Source: Macrostomum lignano
Lineage: Eukaryota
Assembly: GCA_002269645.1 (NCBI GenBank)
Contig: NIVC01002483.1
Location: 64,435 to 128,434, forward strand
Direction of reading: 5' to 3'
DNA length: 64,000 nt
Shown here: in pieces, positions 46,323 to 58,900 of the stretch
Layout of the letters: each line of letters begins with the position of its first letter
Numbering within the stretch: position 1 is the first letter of the stretch
Translations under genes and position numbers: made by a program
The notes under the pieces: model-generated
Database searches by the model: none
What the model was told of the DNA's origin: nothing
Seen by the model: only the letters and a program-made list of their open reading frames with translations

Positions 46323-49300
46323 TCACGCACGCGGCGCGTGCAGATGCTGCTGGGCGCGCCGATTCTTCTTGGCGCGACGCCGAAAGAAGCAGCACTTGGT
46401 GTCGGAGGCGACGTCAACGTCGGCGTCGGGGGCGATGGGCTCGCAGGACTGGCCGGTGGCGTCGCCGCCAGCTTGGTCGAAAGCAACGGAGGCGATCACC
46501 TGCGGGACGGTACAGGTGAGGATGAGACGCACAGGTAAAGCAAGTTTAATTTGTAAATTAATCAATCTCGCCTTCACCAGGCCAATATTAGATGAAATAT
46601 TAGCTGCCACGGTTATTTTCAATTTAAGAAAACAACCAAATAAGGGAAGTGACAGTTTTACAAAATTAAATTTTACTGAGATGTTTAGATTTAATTTCAT
46701 TGAATAGCCGCAATCGTAGTGATGATGTTTAAATTAAATAAGCAAGTTCCTTGATTTCCTTTATTTATTAGCTCAAAATTCGCGCAAACAACTACTGCTA
46801 GTAATACTATAATGATTTACCCTAATCAAGTTAGGAAGTTTTTAACCGGGCTTTGATTAGAAACAAAAAACAGAAAAAGCACAAACTTTTTGAAAAGACA
46901 AAAACTTTGAACCAGCGAAAAATTATGTCGCGAAACCAAACCGACACAGAATAGTAACTGTGGCAATTCAACAGGGTGTTAGGCGCGCAGAAGCAGAGCG
47001 GAGACGGGGTGGGTGCAGAGGGCGGAGCGGAGATTGGATGGGTGCACAGGGCAGAGCGGAGATGGGTGGGTGCAGGGGGCAGAGTGGGGATGGGGTGGGT
47101 GCAGGGGGGCAGAGCGCAGGTTTGTCACAGGGGAGGGAGGGCAGAGAGGGCAGGAGCAGGGCTGAGAAGAGAGCCAAATGTATTTTTCGCTGTGTTTGCC
47201 TAAATTGGTTAGCTTGGTTACCCTGTCTGTGCTACACTCGAAATTTCTGGCCTCCGATTGGCTGTTGCCCTGCATTCGTTGATAGTTGAAGGAGCTGTCG
47301 CCCGTCCGATGCTGGTTCTGCTGTCGCTGTTTCAGAATAACATAAAATAAAATAAAAACAGCTAAAGTTGAAAGGCAGTGAAATACCATTAAAGCCGGTA
47401 CATGTACTTTGCGTATATAGCTAGTTAGTTATTAATTTATGCTGGCAAAATTTTTCTTACTCAGTGACAACCGCCCTAACCTGTCTGTTTTTAGAGAGCC
47501 GCTACCCTCTTCACTGTTTTTAGCGCTACTCTCCTCACTGTTTTTAGACACCCGCTATCCTCCTCACTGTTTTTAGACACCCGCTATCCTCCTCACTGTT
47601 TTTAGACACCCGCTACCCTCCTCACTGTTTTTAGACACCCGCTACCCTCCTCACTGTTTTTAGACACCCGCTACCCTCCTCACTGTTTTTAGACACCCGC
47701 TACCCTCCTCACTGTTTTCAGACACCCGCTACCCTCCTCACTGTTTTTAGACACCCGCTATCCTCCTCACTGTTTTCAGACACCCGCTACCCTCCTCACT
47801 GTTTTCAGACACCCGCTACCCTCCTCACCGTTTTCAGACACCCGCTACCCTCCTCACCGTCTGTTAGAAAGATACAATGATACAAAGGACGAGAACTTAA
47901 AGAATAACGAGGACACAATATTACAAAAAACTGCTATGCGCGATATTTAAAGGCAAGACTGAAGTTTAAGAGACAGGGTTTAACTGCAAGTAATCAATAT
48001 CTTAAACAATTTACAACATCACAAAGTTTATAACTAGTACAATTAACTTTTTGATTGATGAGAATAGCCAATGAGGCATTGTTAACATTTAGGCGATTTT
48101 AAAGTGCAGTATACAGAATTAAATACAGATTTAAATATACGAAAGGTGCACGGAGGTACAGCACAGCTCACAAACAAAAGTATACACTATGCGCCAATCA
48201 AAGCAGCTAGCGCCAGTGAATTAAAGAACTCACGAGCGATATAGACTACTGCTATAATAGTTAATCTAAGAGGCTGCCGTTGTTAATACCTGCACAGATG
48301 CAGCTGGATTTAATCCCTGATTAGCCTGAGGTGAGAAGGAAAACACGCGTTGCAATTCCAGGTAGGATGTAAAAAGTTTCTGCTTACACTACTGCATGGC
48401 TGTTTATAGTAGCAAAGAAAGCGTATAGCTATTAAAATTTTCAATACAAAAGCATACAACACTGAATTTAATTGGGTCATTATTGCTCACCTTCTGAGTA
48501 GAGAGCTGCTGTTGCTGATGCTGATGGCCATGCCTCCTGTCCGCGGCCGCTGTGTCAGTACCGACACTCACCGGGGTGCCCTGTGATCAAATCAATAAAT
48601 ATATGCTATCAATTACTGTGGTGATGCATGTAATGCTTAAAGGTCCACTTCCACTTAGCGTTTGGGAACCAGTGACGGCTGTTAGAACATATGGGATCAT
48701 TTAATCTCCTTTTCAGTCTGTGTGCGTGCAATATCTCGCCCCATTCTCTCCCTCTCTATCTGGCCCCATTCTCTCCCTCTCTATCTGGCCCCATTCTCTC
48801 CCTCTCTATCTCAGCCCCGTTCTCTCCCTCTCTTTCTCAGCCCCATTCTCTCCCTCTCTATCTGGCCCCATTCTCTCCGTCTCTATCTCAGCCCCGTTCT
48901 CTCCCTCTCTATCTCAGCCCCATTCTCTCCCCCTCTATCTCAGCCCCATTCTCTCCCTCTCTTTCTCAGCCCCATTCTCTCCCCCTCTATCTCAGCCCCG
49001 TTCTCTCCCTCTCTTTCTCAGCCCCATTCTCTCCCTCTCTATCTGGCCCCATTCTCTCCGTCTCTATCTGGCCCCATTCTCTCCGTCTCTATCTCAGCCC
49101 CGTTCTCTCCCTCTCTATCTCAGCCCCATTCTCTCCCCCTCTATCTCAGCCCCATTCTCTCCCTCTCTATCTCAGCCCCGTTCTCTCCCTCTCTATCTCA
49201 GCCCCATTCTCTCCCCCTCTATCTCAGCCCCATTCTCTCCCTCTCTATCTCACCCCCATTCTCTCCCTCTCTATCTCAGCCCCATTCTCTCCCTCTCTAT

Positions 49301-52300
49301 CTGGCCCCATTCTCTCCGTCTCTATCTCAGCCCCGTTCTCTCCCTCTCTATCTCAGCCCCATTCTCTCCCCCTCTATCTCAGCCCCATTCTCTCCCTCTC
49401 TATCTCAGCCCCGTTCTCTCCCTCTCTATCTCAGCCCCATTCTCTCCCCCTCTATCTCAGCCCCATTCTCTCCCTCTCTATCTCACCCCCATTCTCTCCC
49501 TCTCTATCTCAGCCCCATTCTCTCCCTCTCTATCTCAGCCCCATTCTCTCCCCCTCTATCTCAGCCCCAGTCTCTCCCTCTCTATCTCAGCCCCGTTCTC
49601 TCCCTCTCTATCTCAGCCCCATTCTCTCCCTCTCTATCTCAGCCCCGTTCTCTCCCTCTCTATCTCAGCCCCATTCTCTCCCCCTCTATCTCAGCCCCAT
49701 TCTCTCCCTCTCTATCTCACCCCCATTCTCTCCCTCTCTATCTCAGCCCCATTCTCTCCCTCTCTATCTCAGCCCCATTCTCTCCCCCTCTATCTCAGCC
49801 CCATTCTCTCCCTCTCTATCTCAGCCCCGTTCTCTCCCTCTCTATCTCAGCCCCATTCTCTCCCCCTCTATCTCAGCCCCATTCTCTCCCTCTCTATCTC
49901 ACCCCCATTCTCTCCCTCTCTATCTCAGCTCCATTCTCTCCCTCTCTATCTCAGCCCCGTTCTCTCCCTCTCTATCTCAGCCCCATTCTCTCCCTCTCTA
50001 TCTCAACCCCGTTCTCTCCCTTTTTTCCTCACCAAATCGCTCTCTCCTTCTCTTTCTCACATCCATTCTGCCTCTCTTCCTCATCACTTCATTCTCTCCT
50101 TCTCTTTCTCATCCCTTATTTTCTCTCTCTCGTTCTCTTCCTCTTTTTCTTACTCAATCAGGAGTGAGAGGAATGGGCAGAATGGGCAGAATGGCATAAC
50201 CGCTGACAATGGGACGATATCCCCGAAGGCGCTGCGCCAGGGTGCGCCAGGGTGCCCAATTATTATTAACATTATTAGGTACACATCCCCGATCCTACCG
50301 TTCTGTCCTGCCGGGACACCCAGTCGAAGTCCCAATCGCAAGTCCAGTTATTGCGGGTCATCAAGCCGGTGAACAGTTCGCGCAAATAACTGTAGTCCGG
50401 CGTCTCGTAGAAATCTAGCCGACGAACGTAGCGAAGGTAGATGGCCATCTCCTCTGCGGGCGAGCGAGGCCAGGTAGTGACAGGTAAGTGACGGAGGATG
50501 GAGTGACAGTGGAATGGAGTGACAGTAGGGTCGAGTGACAATAGGGTCGAGTGACAGTAGGATGGAGTGACAGTAGGGTGGAGTGACAGTAGGATGGAGT
50601 GACAGTAGGATGGAGTGACAGTAGGATGGAGTGACAGTAGGATGGAGTGACAGCAGGAGCCAGTGAGCAGTGAAAGGTTGCATTCAAAGACGAGTGTCAG
50701 TCAAATGGACGGGGCAGGTGACCCCCAGCTTACCTGGAAATCCTTCGCACAGCACTTCAATAGGCGTGGCCCGTTTAGTGTCGCCAATTTTCTGATAGCG
50801 CTCCTTCAGATTGTCGGCCTTGAGTCCCTGCCAGGGCAGGCTGCCGCGCAGGAAATACATGAACATGTGGCCGAGCGCCTCCAAATCGTCTCGACGGGAT
50901 TGCTCTGGAAAAAAGAAAAAACGAAGTACAAAAGCTTCATGAATGAATTGCTTCATGAATTGCTTCATGAATGAAAAACAAATTGACGCGATTATGAAAC
51001 AAATAGAAATGCAAGCTGATTGAGATCACGAGCTAGAAGCTCTCTATAAGCGAGATTTTGGAGGCCTCTGGACACGGATACGATTTACGCTTTTCTGAAT
51101 GAAGTGGTCCCGTGTACAGCGCTGACTTTTTTATTAGAGCCTGGGGCTGTGTGCACCCTGGTGCACTTTAAGCGACATTGTCACACAACCGGCGAGAGGC
51201 ATTACTGCCCATTCCGCCCAGACTCCCCTGAGCAGGCACACAAGCGCGCGGATACGTACGCAGTCATACGCACAGGCACACACTCACACAGGAGTGTACA
51301 GCGGCCCTAACTTTATTTATCGTTAGGCATGTACACTTCACTGCGCCTTGGGGGTTGGCCCTAAAGGCCGTTAATTGCACGAGCAGAGCCAAGCCGAGAT
51401 TCCAATTCAGCCCCAAATTAATGTGACTGCACTTGGAATCGAGCCTGGGCCGCTAGCACACCAGAGCGCCGCGCTAGACCCCCTGTAGGGCGCTTACAAA
51501 CACAACTCAAGAAGAACCTTCGTTTCTTAGAAAAAGTCTTGGATTTCGGGTTTTCGCAAGAAGTACAACCTAGACAGAAGCTTGTTCCTTCTTTTGGCAG
51601 AAAATAGCAATAGTATATTTATGCGAAGTATATTTTCACAAACTTTTAAGGATAAAAGTTTAAGAAAATAACAACAAAAATCGACAAAAAACTCTAGAAA
51701 TACCTAGGTCAGTACGCTAGTAGTAGTATGTGTCATGACACATACACATGTAATTAATTGAGCAAACACACTCACCTCTGCCTAAATGCGTATTAATGCT
51801 CATGTATCTGGCTGTTCCAGTCAGGCTCTTGTGCTCCCTATACAGAATATGCTTGTTAGTTTCCCGATCGATGTACTCCTTGGCGAGGCCGAAATCGATT
51901 ATATGGATCAGGTGTTGCTTGCGTGTGGTCTGTCGGCCGATTAGAAAGTTTTCCGGCTTGATGTCGCGATAGATCAGATGCTTGCTGTGCACGAATTCTA
52001 TTCGCGAGATCTGCGTTGGCGGAGAAAATGGGGTGGGCGGTAGAGGCTCTTGGCTGCTGTCATCTTGCATCATGCAATCCACTCGTAACTAAAAGTGCAA
52101 GCCGCTCGGCACTGGTTAGCAGGTACTCGGAGCTCGAAAACAGCCACGGTAATTATAGTGAAATAATTGATTAAGACCTACACAGTCAGCAAATCTGATG
52201 TAAATGGCGCTAAGCCTGATGCAAGTGGCGCCAAGTCCGATGTACATGTAAATGGCGCTAAGTCTGATGTAAATGGCGCTAAGTCTGATGTAAATGGCGC

Positions 52301-54361
52301 TAAGCCTGATGTAAGTGGCGATGTAAAGTCTGATGTAAATGGCGCTAAGCCTGATGTAAGTGGCGATGTAAAGTCTGATGTAAATGGCGCTAAGCCTGAT
52401 GTAAGTGGCGATGTAAAGTCTGATGTAAATGGCGCTAAGTTTGATGCAAATGGGCCAAATGGCGCTAAGTCTGATGTAAATGGCGCCAGATCTGATGTAA
52501 GTGGCGTCACTTATCTGGATGCTAAAAGTCCCTGCAATACTCTGACGTCGAATATCCTATCTCCTAATATCCTATAAACATCAGATTTAGTTGCTAACTA
52601 CAAAAAAAATTGTAGGTAGGATTTTCTGTTTAAGAAATGCAGTAGTATAGGCGACTGCTGCACTGCTGCACACATTTACAGACTAAAATTATCAGGGCTA
52701 AGAATGATGTTAGTAGGGCTAAGAATGATGTTAGTAGGGCTAAGAATGATGTTAGTAGGACTAAGAATGATGTTAGTAGGGCTAAGAATGATGTTAGTAG
52801 GGCTAAGAATGATGTTAGTAGGGCTAAGAATGATGTTAGTAGGGCTAAGAATGATGTTAGTAGGGCTAAGAATGATGTTAGTAGGACTAAGACTGATGTT
52901 AGTAGGGCTAAGACTGATGTTAGTAGGGCTAAGAATGATGTTAGTAGGGCTAAGAATGATGTTAGTAGGACTAAGAATGATGTTAGTAGGGCTAAGAATG
53001 ATGTTAGTAGGGCTAAGAATGATGTTAGTAGGGCTAAGAATGATGTTAGTAGGGCTAAGACTGATGTTAGTAGGGCTAAGACTGATGTTAGTAGGGCTAA
53101 GAATGATGTTAGTAGGGCTAAGAATGATGTTAGTAGGACTAAGAATGATGTTAGTAGGGCTAAGAATGATGTTAGTAGGGCTAAGAATGATATTAGTAGG
53201 GCTAAGAATGATGTTAGTAGGGCTAAGAATGATGTTAGTAGGGCTAAGAATGATGTTAGTAGGGCTAAGAATGATGTTAGTAGGGCTAAGAATGATGTTA
53301 GTAGGGCTAAGAATGATGTTAGTAGGGCTAAGAATGATGTTAGTAGGGCTAAGAATGATGTTAGTAGGGCTAAGAATGATGTTAGTAGGGCTAAGAATGA
53401 TGTTAGTAGGGCTAAGAATGATGTTAGTAGGGTTAAGACTGACGTTAGTAGGGCTAAGAATGATGTTAGTAGGGCTAAGACTGATGTTAGTAGGGCTAAG
53501 ACTGACGTTAGTAGGGCTAAGAATGATGTTAGTAGGGCTAAGAATGATGTTAGTAGGGCTAAGAATGATGTTAGTACGACTAAGAATGATGTTAGTAGGG
53601 CTAAGAATGATGTTAGTAGGGCTAAGAATGATGTTAGTAGGGCTAAGAATGATGTTAGTAGGGCTAAGAATGATGTTAGTAGGGCTAAGAATGATGTTAG
53701 TAGGGCTAAGAATGATGTTAGTAGGGCTAAGAATGATGTTAGTAGGGCTAAGAATGATGTTAGTAGGGCTAAGAATGATGTTAGTAGGGCTAAGACTGAC
53801 GTTAGTAGGGCTAAGACTGACGTTAGTAGGGCTAAGACTGACGTTAGTAGGGCTAAAACAGACAAAACTCAGAGGCAAGCAAAATGCATTAAGCAAAAAA
53901 TAATCACTAACCAGCTGAATCGCAATCATTAGCACAGTTTTCAAGCTGAAATGTCTGTCGCAGATGTCGAACAGATCCTCGAGCGACGGGCCGAGCAGCT
54001 CCATCACTAAGGCGTTGTACTTGAGCGTTGGGCCAAAGTAGAACACCTGGGGAACGCCTTCGCAGTTTCCCAACTCTTTGTAGAATCTGTACTCAAGGTG
54101 CAACTGTGGAGCTCGCGACTTCAACGGCTCAAGCTTAACGGCCACGTGCTCATTGTTATAAAGATTCTTTCCCAGGCGGAGTTCGCCGAAATTGCCGCAG
54201 CCAATTTTTTTGCCAACTTTAAAGTTGGGCCCGACCATCAGGAAGGCAGACGGATCTGAGGAGCCGGCGCCGCCGCTGCGAGAGGTCGCCGGCACTGAGG
54301 AGGCGGCGTGGCCACCATGATTTCGGCTGGCCGAGTGTTGGCGCTGAGCGCTGCTGCTCAT
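46323..54361 (-). CDS. CSNK1G: Casein kinase I gamma (gilgamesh-like), 425 aa
   Basis: Exons 54361-53912, 52010-51776, 50904-50734, 50453-50299, 48580-48491 and 46499-46323 total 1278 nt, in frame. Motifs [76 protein letters not shown]-terminal TKCCFFRRR is the CK1-gamma palmitoylation-type motif. Confidence 0.97.
47480..47860. repeat. 29-bp minisatellite (CCTCCTCACTGTTTTTAGACACCCGCTAC)n
   Basis: Direct inspection. Confidence 0.95.
48735..50030. repeat. 26-bp minisatellite (CTCAGCCCCATTCTCTCCCTCTCTAT)n, about 50 copies
   Basis: Direct inspection. Confidence 0.97.
50497..50655. repeat. 16-bp minisatellite (GGATGGAGTGACAGTA)n
   Basis: Direct inspection. Confidence 0.92.
51127..51484 (-). mobile_element. 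Probable tRNA-derived SINE in CK1-gamma intron 2
   Basis: On the minus strand: A-box-like TCTAGCGCGG, B-box-like GGCTCGATTCC, and 3' end TAATAAAAAA. A related 3' fragment lies on the plus strand at about 50170-50278 and ends in (ATT)n. Confidence 0.5.
52185..52505. repeat. 21/24-bp minisatellite (AAGTCTGATGTAAATGGCGCT)
   Basis: Direct inspection; CK1-gamma intron 1. Confidence 0.92.
52695..53856. repeat. 21-bp minisatellite (TTAGTAGGGCTAAGAATGATG)n, about 55 copies
   Basis: Direct inspection; CK1-gamma intron 1. The sense-strand unit is CCCTACTAACATCATTCTTAG. Confidence 0.98.
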
Positions 54362-56168
54362 TGGCTGGGCCGATGTGCCAATAGTAGGTGGGCCTGACTG
54401 TCACTGCTGTGTGATTGGGCTGGTGCTGATGTACTTTTACATCAATAGCAATTGTGACTAATTATGATAATTGTACAGCTTTATAAATACACATCAGGTA
54501 GGTTATAACTAAAAAATATCCTGCTGAGCAATTGGTGGCTCATTAGGCCAAGGCTCTCAAAGGAGGTACTGGTATCTTAGGCCTAGGATAATTAGCACAG
54601 AAGGTACTTTTATCAAGGTAATAAAATAATGGTTTTTAATACTTATTATCTCTTCCATTTACCTTCCATTACTCTACATCATTTCTATTGTATTTTTTAA
54701 CTTCTTTTCCAAGTAAAAATTATTTTAGATGTCATTAACTTGCCTTTTGTTAAAAAGTAATAATTTAAATTTAGATGACTTGCACAACAAAAAATTAAAA
54801 TAGGTATATTACTACTATTAATACTATTAGCAGACATAGGCCTAGTAGAAGTATTTATATATACTATATATAGGGCCTGGCATACTAACAAAAACTCATT
54901 CTTTATTGACAAGCTGATATTCAATTGTATCATTTTTATTTAGCTAATTTAACTGTCATTCCATTGATAGATTATTGGCTACAATAAAAAAGAGAAAACA
55001 ATAAAAATAAAGCTAAAAATAAAAAGTAACAGATCAATACTTTTTTGTAAAACTTTTATCCTTTCCTTTCTAATTATATTCTTTTTCAGTATTAATAGAA
55101 TGTGCCAATATAATTATTGTAGATTTATTTATAATATACAGTATTATACAACAATGCACAGTTTTATAGAAGTTTTTTTTTTAAAATTGACCTTGCAAAA
55201 GAATTGATTTCTTTTTTAAATTGAAATTATTCTATTACTATTAGAATTTTACATTTATGAATTTAAGACTTGATGAATAGGTTATACAGACTTTGTCAAT
55301 TTCTAATTCATCAATAGGTAGAAGTTGAATTTGTCAATAGTTAAAACAAGCTAAGCAAATTCATCAACAAGGCAGACTTATTTAAAGTTGCTTTAAACTT
55401 CAATAAAATCTAAATTATAAAACGGCTATATAATTATACAATTATAATTATATAATGGCTACATAAAACAGCTATCCCATAGCCATAGCTGTAGCTGTAG
55501 CTATGGCAAAATACTATTTTTCATTTTAAAAGAATGTGTTATTATTAATAGACATAAAACATAAGTGATATTTTATATGAGCACTAATACTAATATGATT
55601 ATATAATGACTAGACCATGCTGTCATTTGATCACAAGGCTTTATGCAAAAGACCTAAGACCACAATATAATACACCCAATTGTTGTATTATACTGTTGAC
55701 AAATGTATTACTTATTAAGTTAAGCTCCAAATATGGAAATATTAAATATTGTATCACATATTAGAAATTTATAGTCCAAGTCTAAGACAAGTAAGAAACT
55801 AGGCCTAACATTAACTAAGTTTATTAATAAGAAAAGGCAGTTGACATTAGGCCTAATTTAAAATTAAATGAATTTGATCAATTCAATACTACTACATAAA
55901 AATAACTGATTTTTATCTTTTTAGTTGACACATATGGGCGAACTTTAGCTGGGCCTACTACATTTAATTTAAGAGATTTATAAATATATAGGCTTATAAA
56001 GAATATATTATAGGAATACCAGATAACATGATAGTCATGACAATGAGATAAGCGATAATGCACATAATCACCAACACTATGTGATCACATAAGACTGGAC
56101 GATGCTGCCATTTGATTACAAGACTTTATGCGAAATGCGAAAGACCACCACATAATATACCCGTCTGC

Positions 56169-56333
56169 CAGGGGGAATCCAGGGAGAGGTCCTTTCCGGC
56201 TCGGCTACCCTCAGTGGTAAAAAAGTAGGCTATTTTTTGGCCTGTAACAATGCAAGGTCTATTTTCTAATATTGCGCTGTAGTTGCTAGGTATAGCTTGG
56301 CCCCCTCAAGAAATTTTTCACGGTCCACCCCTG
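56169..56333. mobile_element. Degenerate hAT-type MITE (165 bp)
   Basis: Ends CAGGGGGAATCC and (reverse complement) CAGGGGTGGACC; flanking 8-mers CCGTCTGC and TCGTCTGC (7/8 match). Confidence 0.65.
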
Positions 56334-58559
56334 TCGTCTGCTGACGTACATTAAATTAGCGCAAACGATGTCTGTCTGTTTACCATTTAAAAACTTAATG
56401 AATTTTATTTCGCTAGCAATGATTTAAAAAGGTGATATGCAAACAAAATAGAACTTATCAGAATTAAACCATACAATAATAATTGATATTGTCACGTAAT
56501 AACTTTTATTTAAAGATTTTATATTAAAAATTTGCTTTTACTCTAGGTTCACTTTGTTTTAGTAATCAATAAATTTTGCGGAGTATGATTTCAGATCTTA
56601 AGCGTAATCTCAGAAGTCAGAAAAAATAGTCTAATTCAGTTGCATTAAATGTTGACTTCTTTAAATAAGTGGACGATTCAGACGAAAGGGAAAAGATTTT
56701 CGTCTAAAGACAAGGTGACCAAAGAGTAGGCAAAAAGTGACCACCTAATGTGCATGTAACACCGTTATGTACAATAGCAATACATGTACAGGCTAAAGAT
56801 GCCATTTTTAATTTACGAGAGTTACTTACTTACTAAATCTACTCGTACACTTGCTAAAGTAAAAAGGTTCGATATGACTTTTCCAATGCCAAAATTGAAA
56901 ACTTGCACATACAAATTAGTCTGATTTGATCCTCTTATTGGTGCTTTTCGGCATTTCAAACTTGTACACAATAGTAATTATAGCTTGGATCAGGCATGTC
57001 AGGCTCAAAGTTGCCAAATTTTCGACGTGCCATTAGAAACTTGCATCAGCTCCCAGTTATATCCACAGAGTATTTAACACGTACAATAATTAACTTACAT
57101 AAATGTACTAGCTAGTGTCTAAATCTTATACATATACATGTATGCTGTACATGTACACTCATAGATAGGGAGACTTGTACGAGTGTATCCTATTTTTTCA
57201 ATGTTGCAGTATACATCAAGGGTGCCTGCTGTAACCGGCTCTAGCCGTGGGTGGTGCAACTCGGTGCGATGATGCCAGCTGGAGTCGCCAACGGCGAAAC
57301 AGACATGTCGCTTTCGACGGACTATATAGGCCTGCACGACGGAATAGTGCCTCATTCAAAATCGTTTGTCGCCGATCGAGCTAAAAGGCGGCGCGCAACA
57401 GGTCAGCGTGTGCCGCCTCAACTTGTTCTTTCGCAAGTGTCCGATCCAAGTGCCTCGATGACCAAGGTGCTTTTATATTCAAAACCTTTTTGTCTTCGAT
57501 CTTAATGATCGAACTGCTCTAAATAAAGACATTTTATGGCAAGATCTAAAAGATAAATAAAAACCACTAAAAATTAAAGGTTAGCAGAAAAACCTTATAA
57601 AATGAAGGCTAATAGCCTTATGGGGCTTGCACAGTTTTAATTATGAGTATAATATTTTACAGAATTTTTAGTTTTTTATACAGCGGTTTTATTTATTACA
57701 CATCCTAAACCATATTTCTAAACGAACACATCCGGTGAGCAGTATAAAATTTCCATTTGGCTAACTGCCAATTTTAGTTAGAGCAGCAAGTTACACACCA
57801 AATGAAAGCTTTATTAAAATAAAACGGCACAGGGTAAGACATTTGAGGGCAACAAGCACGTTTAGTTATGAGAATTAAAAAATCAGAACAAAAAACTAGG
57901 AAATTTTTTCGAAAGCCTTTTTCTACCCAATGAAAAACTCTACATAAGACCTTCAATGCGGACTAAAGGAAAATAATATTTTTTTCTAGTATTTTTATCA
58001 TATTTGCAACGCATACTACTTTACTAGCAACTGAAAGCTTTGAGACGTAATAAAAATAATTTCAGTTACCACAAGTCAGCATAAATAAACAAAACACACA
58101 TTTTCAAACAAGCGCAAATTGCAAGACAACTGAGAACTGAAAGAAACAAAGACTGACTTTATCAAATTATTTTACACTTAATTAAACACTTAATTGTGAA
58201 AGTAAGCAAATCACTAAGGACAAAAATTGAAAATTATGTTATTTTTATTTGAGTTTTCGAGCTATAACCACAGATACTAGAAAAGCTGTGTCACTTGTGA
58301 AAGGCACTCATCACTTTTTAAGTAGCAAAATTAGTTTTGCCTTTATACAATAGTAAATAAACATTTTCTTTATTTTACATACTACAAGTTCTTAGAGCTA
58401 CCATCGCCTCTGGCTTTCTAAAAGCAAACCCATTAAAATCAGCATCTTCATCCTGTTTCGTAGACTTTCCAGACTGCCTTAGACTCGAAAATATTTTTAA
58501 AAAATTAATTCGAAGACTGAAGGCTGCAATAAAACTGAAAAACGTAAATCTAGTTAATG

Positions 58560-58900
58560 TGCACGTGAGCAAGAGAAAAGGGGTGGCGCCCCAACCAGGC
58601 CGATAAACAGTTAGGCTTCTCTCTTGCCCGCTTGTGTCTGTTTGACTTTAAAATCTTTCCTTACTGCTCGTTCATTGGCTGAGCTAGATTGGGCCTGCCC
58701 CCTCTGGGCTGAGTCTCGCCCGTTGTTGTTAAAACGCTGTGACCTTAAAAGCATCAGGTCGCGGGTCAGCCCTGGGGGGGGGGGCTCTGCCGCAACTCTC
58801 GCCTCGCCCGTCTTGCATTCGCTTGTGTACATCGTGTTAAATACCTGTTATTCTTTCTTTACTCCATATGCTCCCCGAGGCCGCAAACCCTGAGAACTGT
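58560..58900 (-). promoter_or_regulatory. Possible promoter island upstream of CK1-gamma
   Basis: GC-richer island in AT-rich DNA, with two minus-strand CCAAT boxes (about 58674-58692) and a CACGTG E-box (58562-58567). Motif-level evidence only. Confidence 0.25.
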
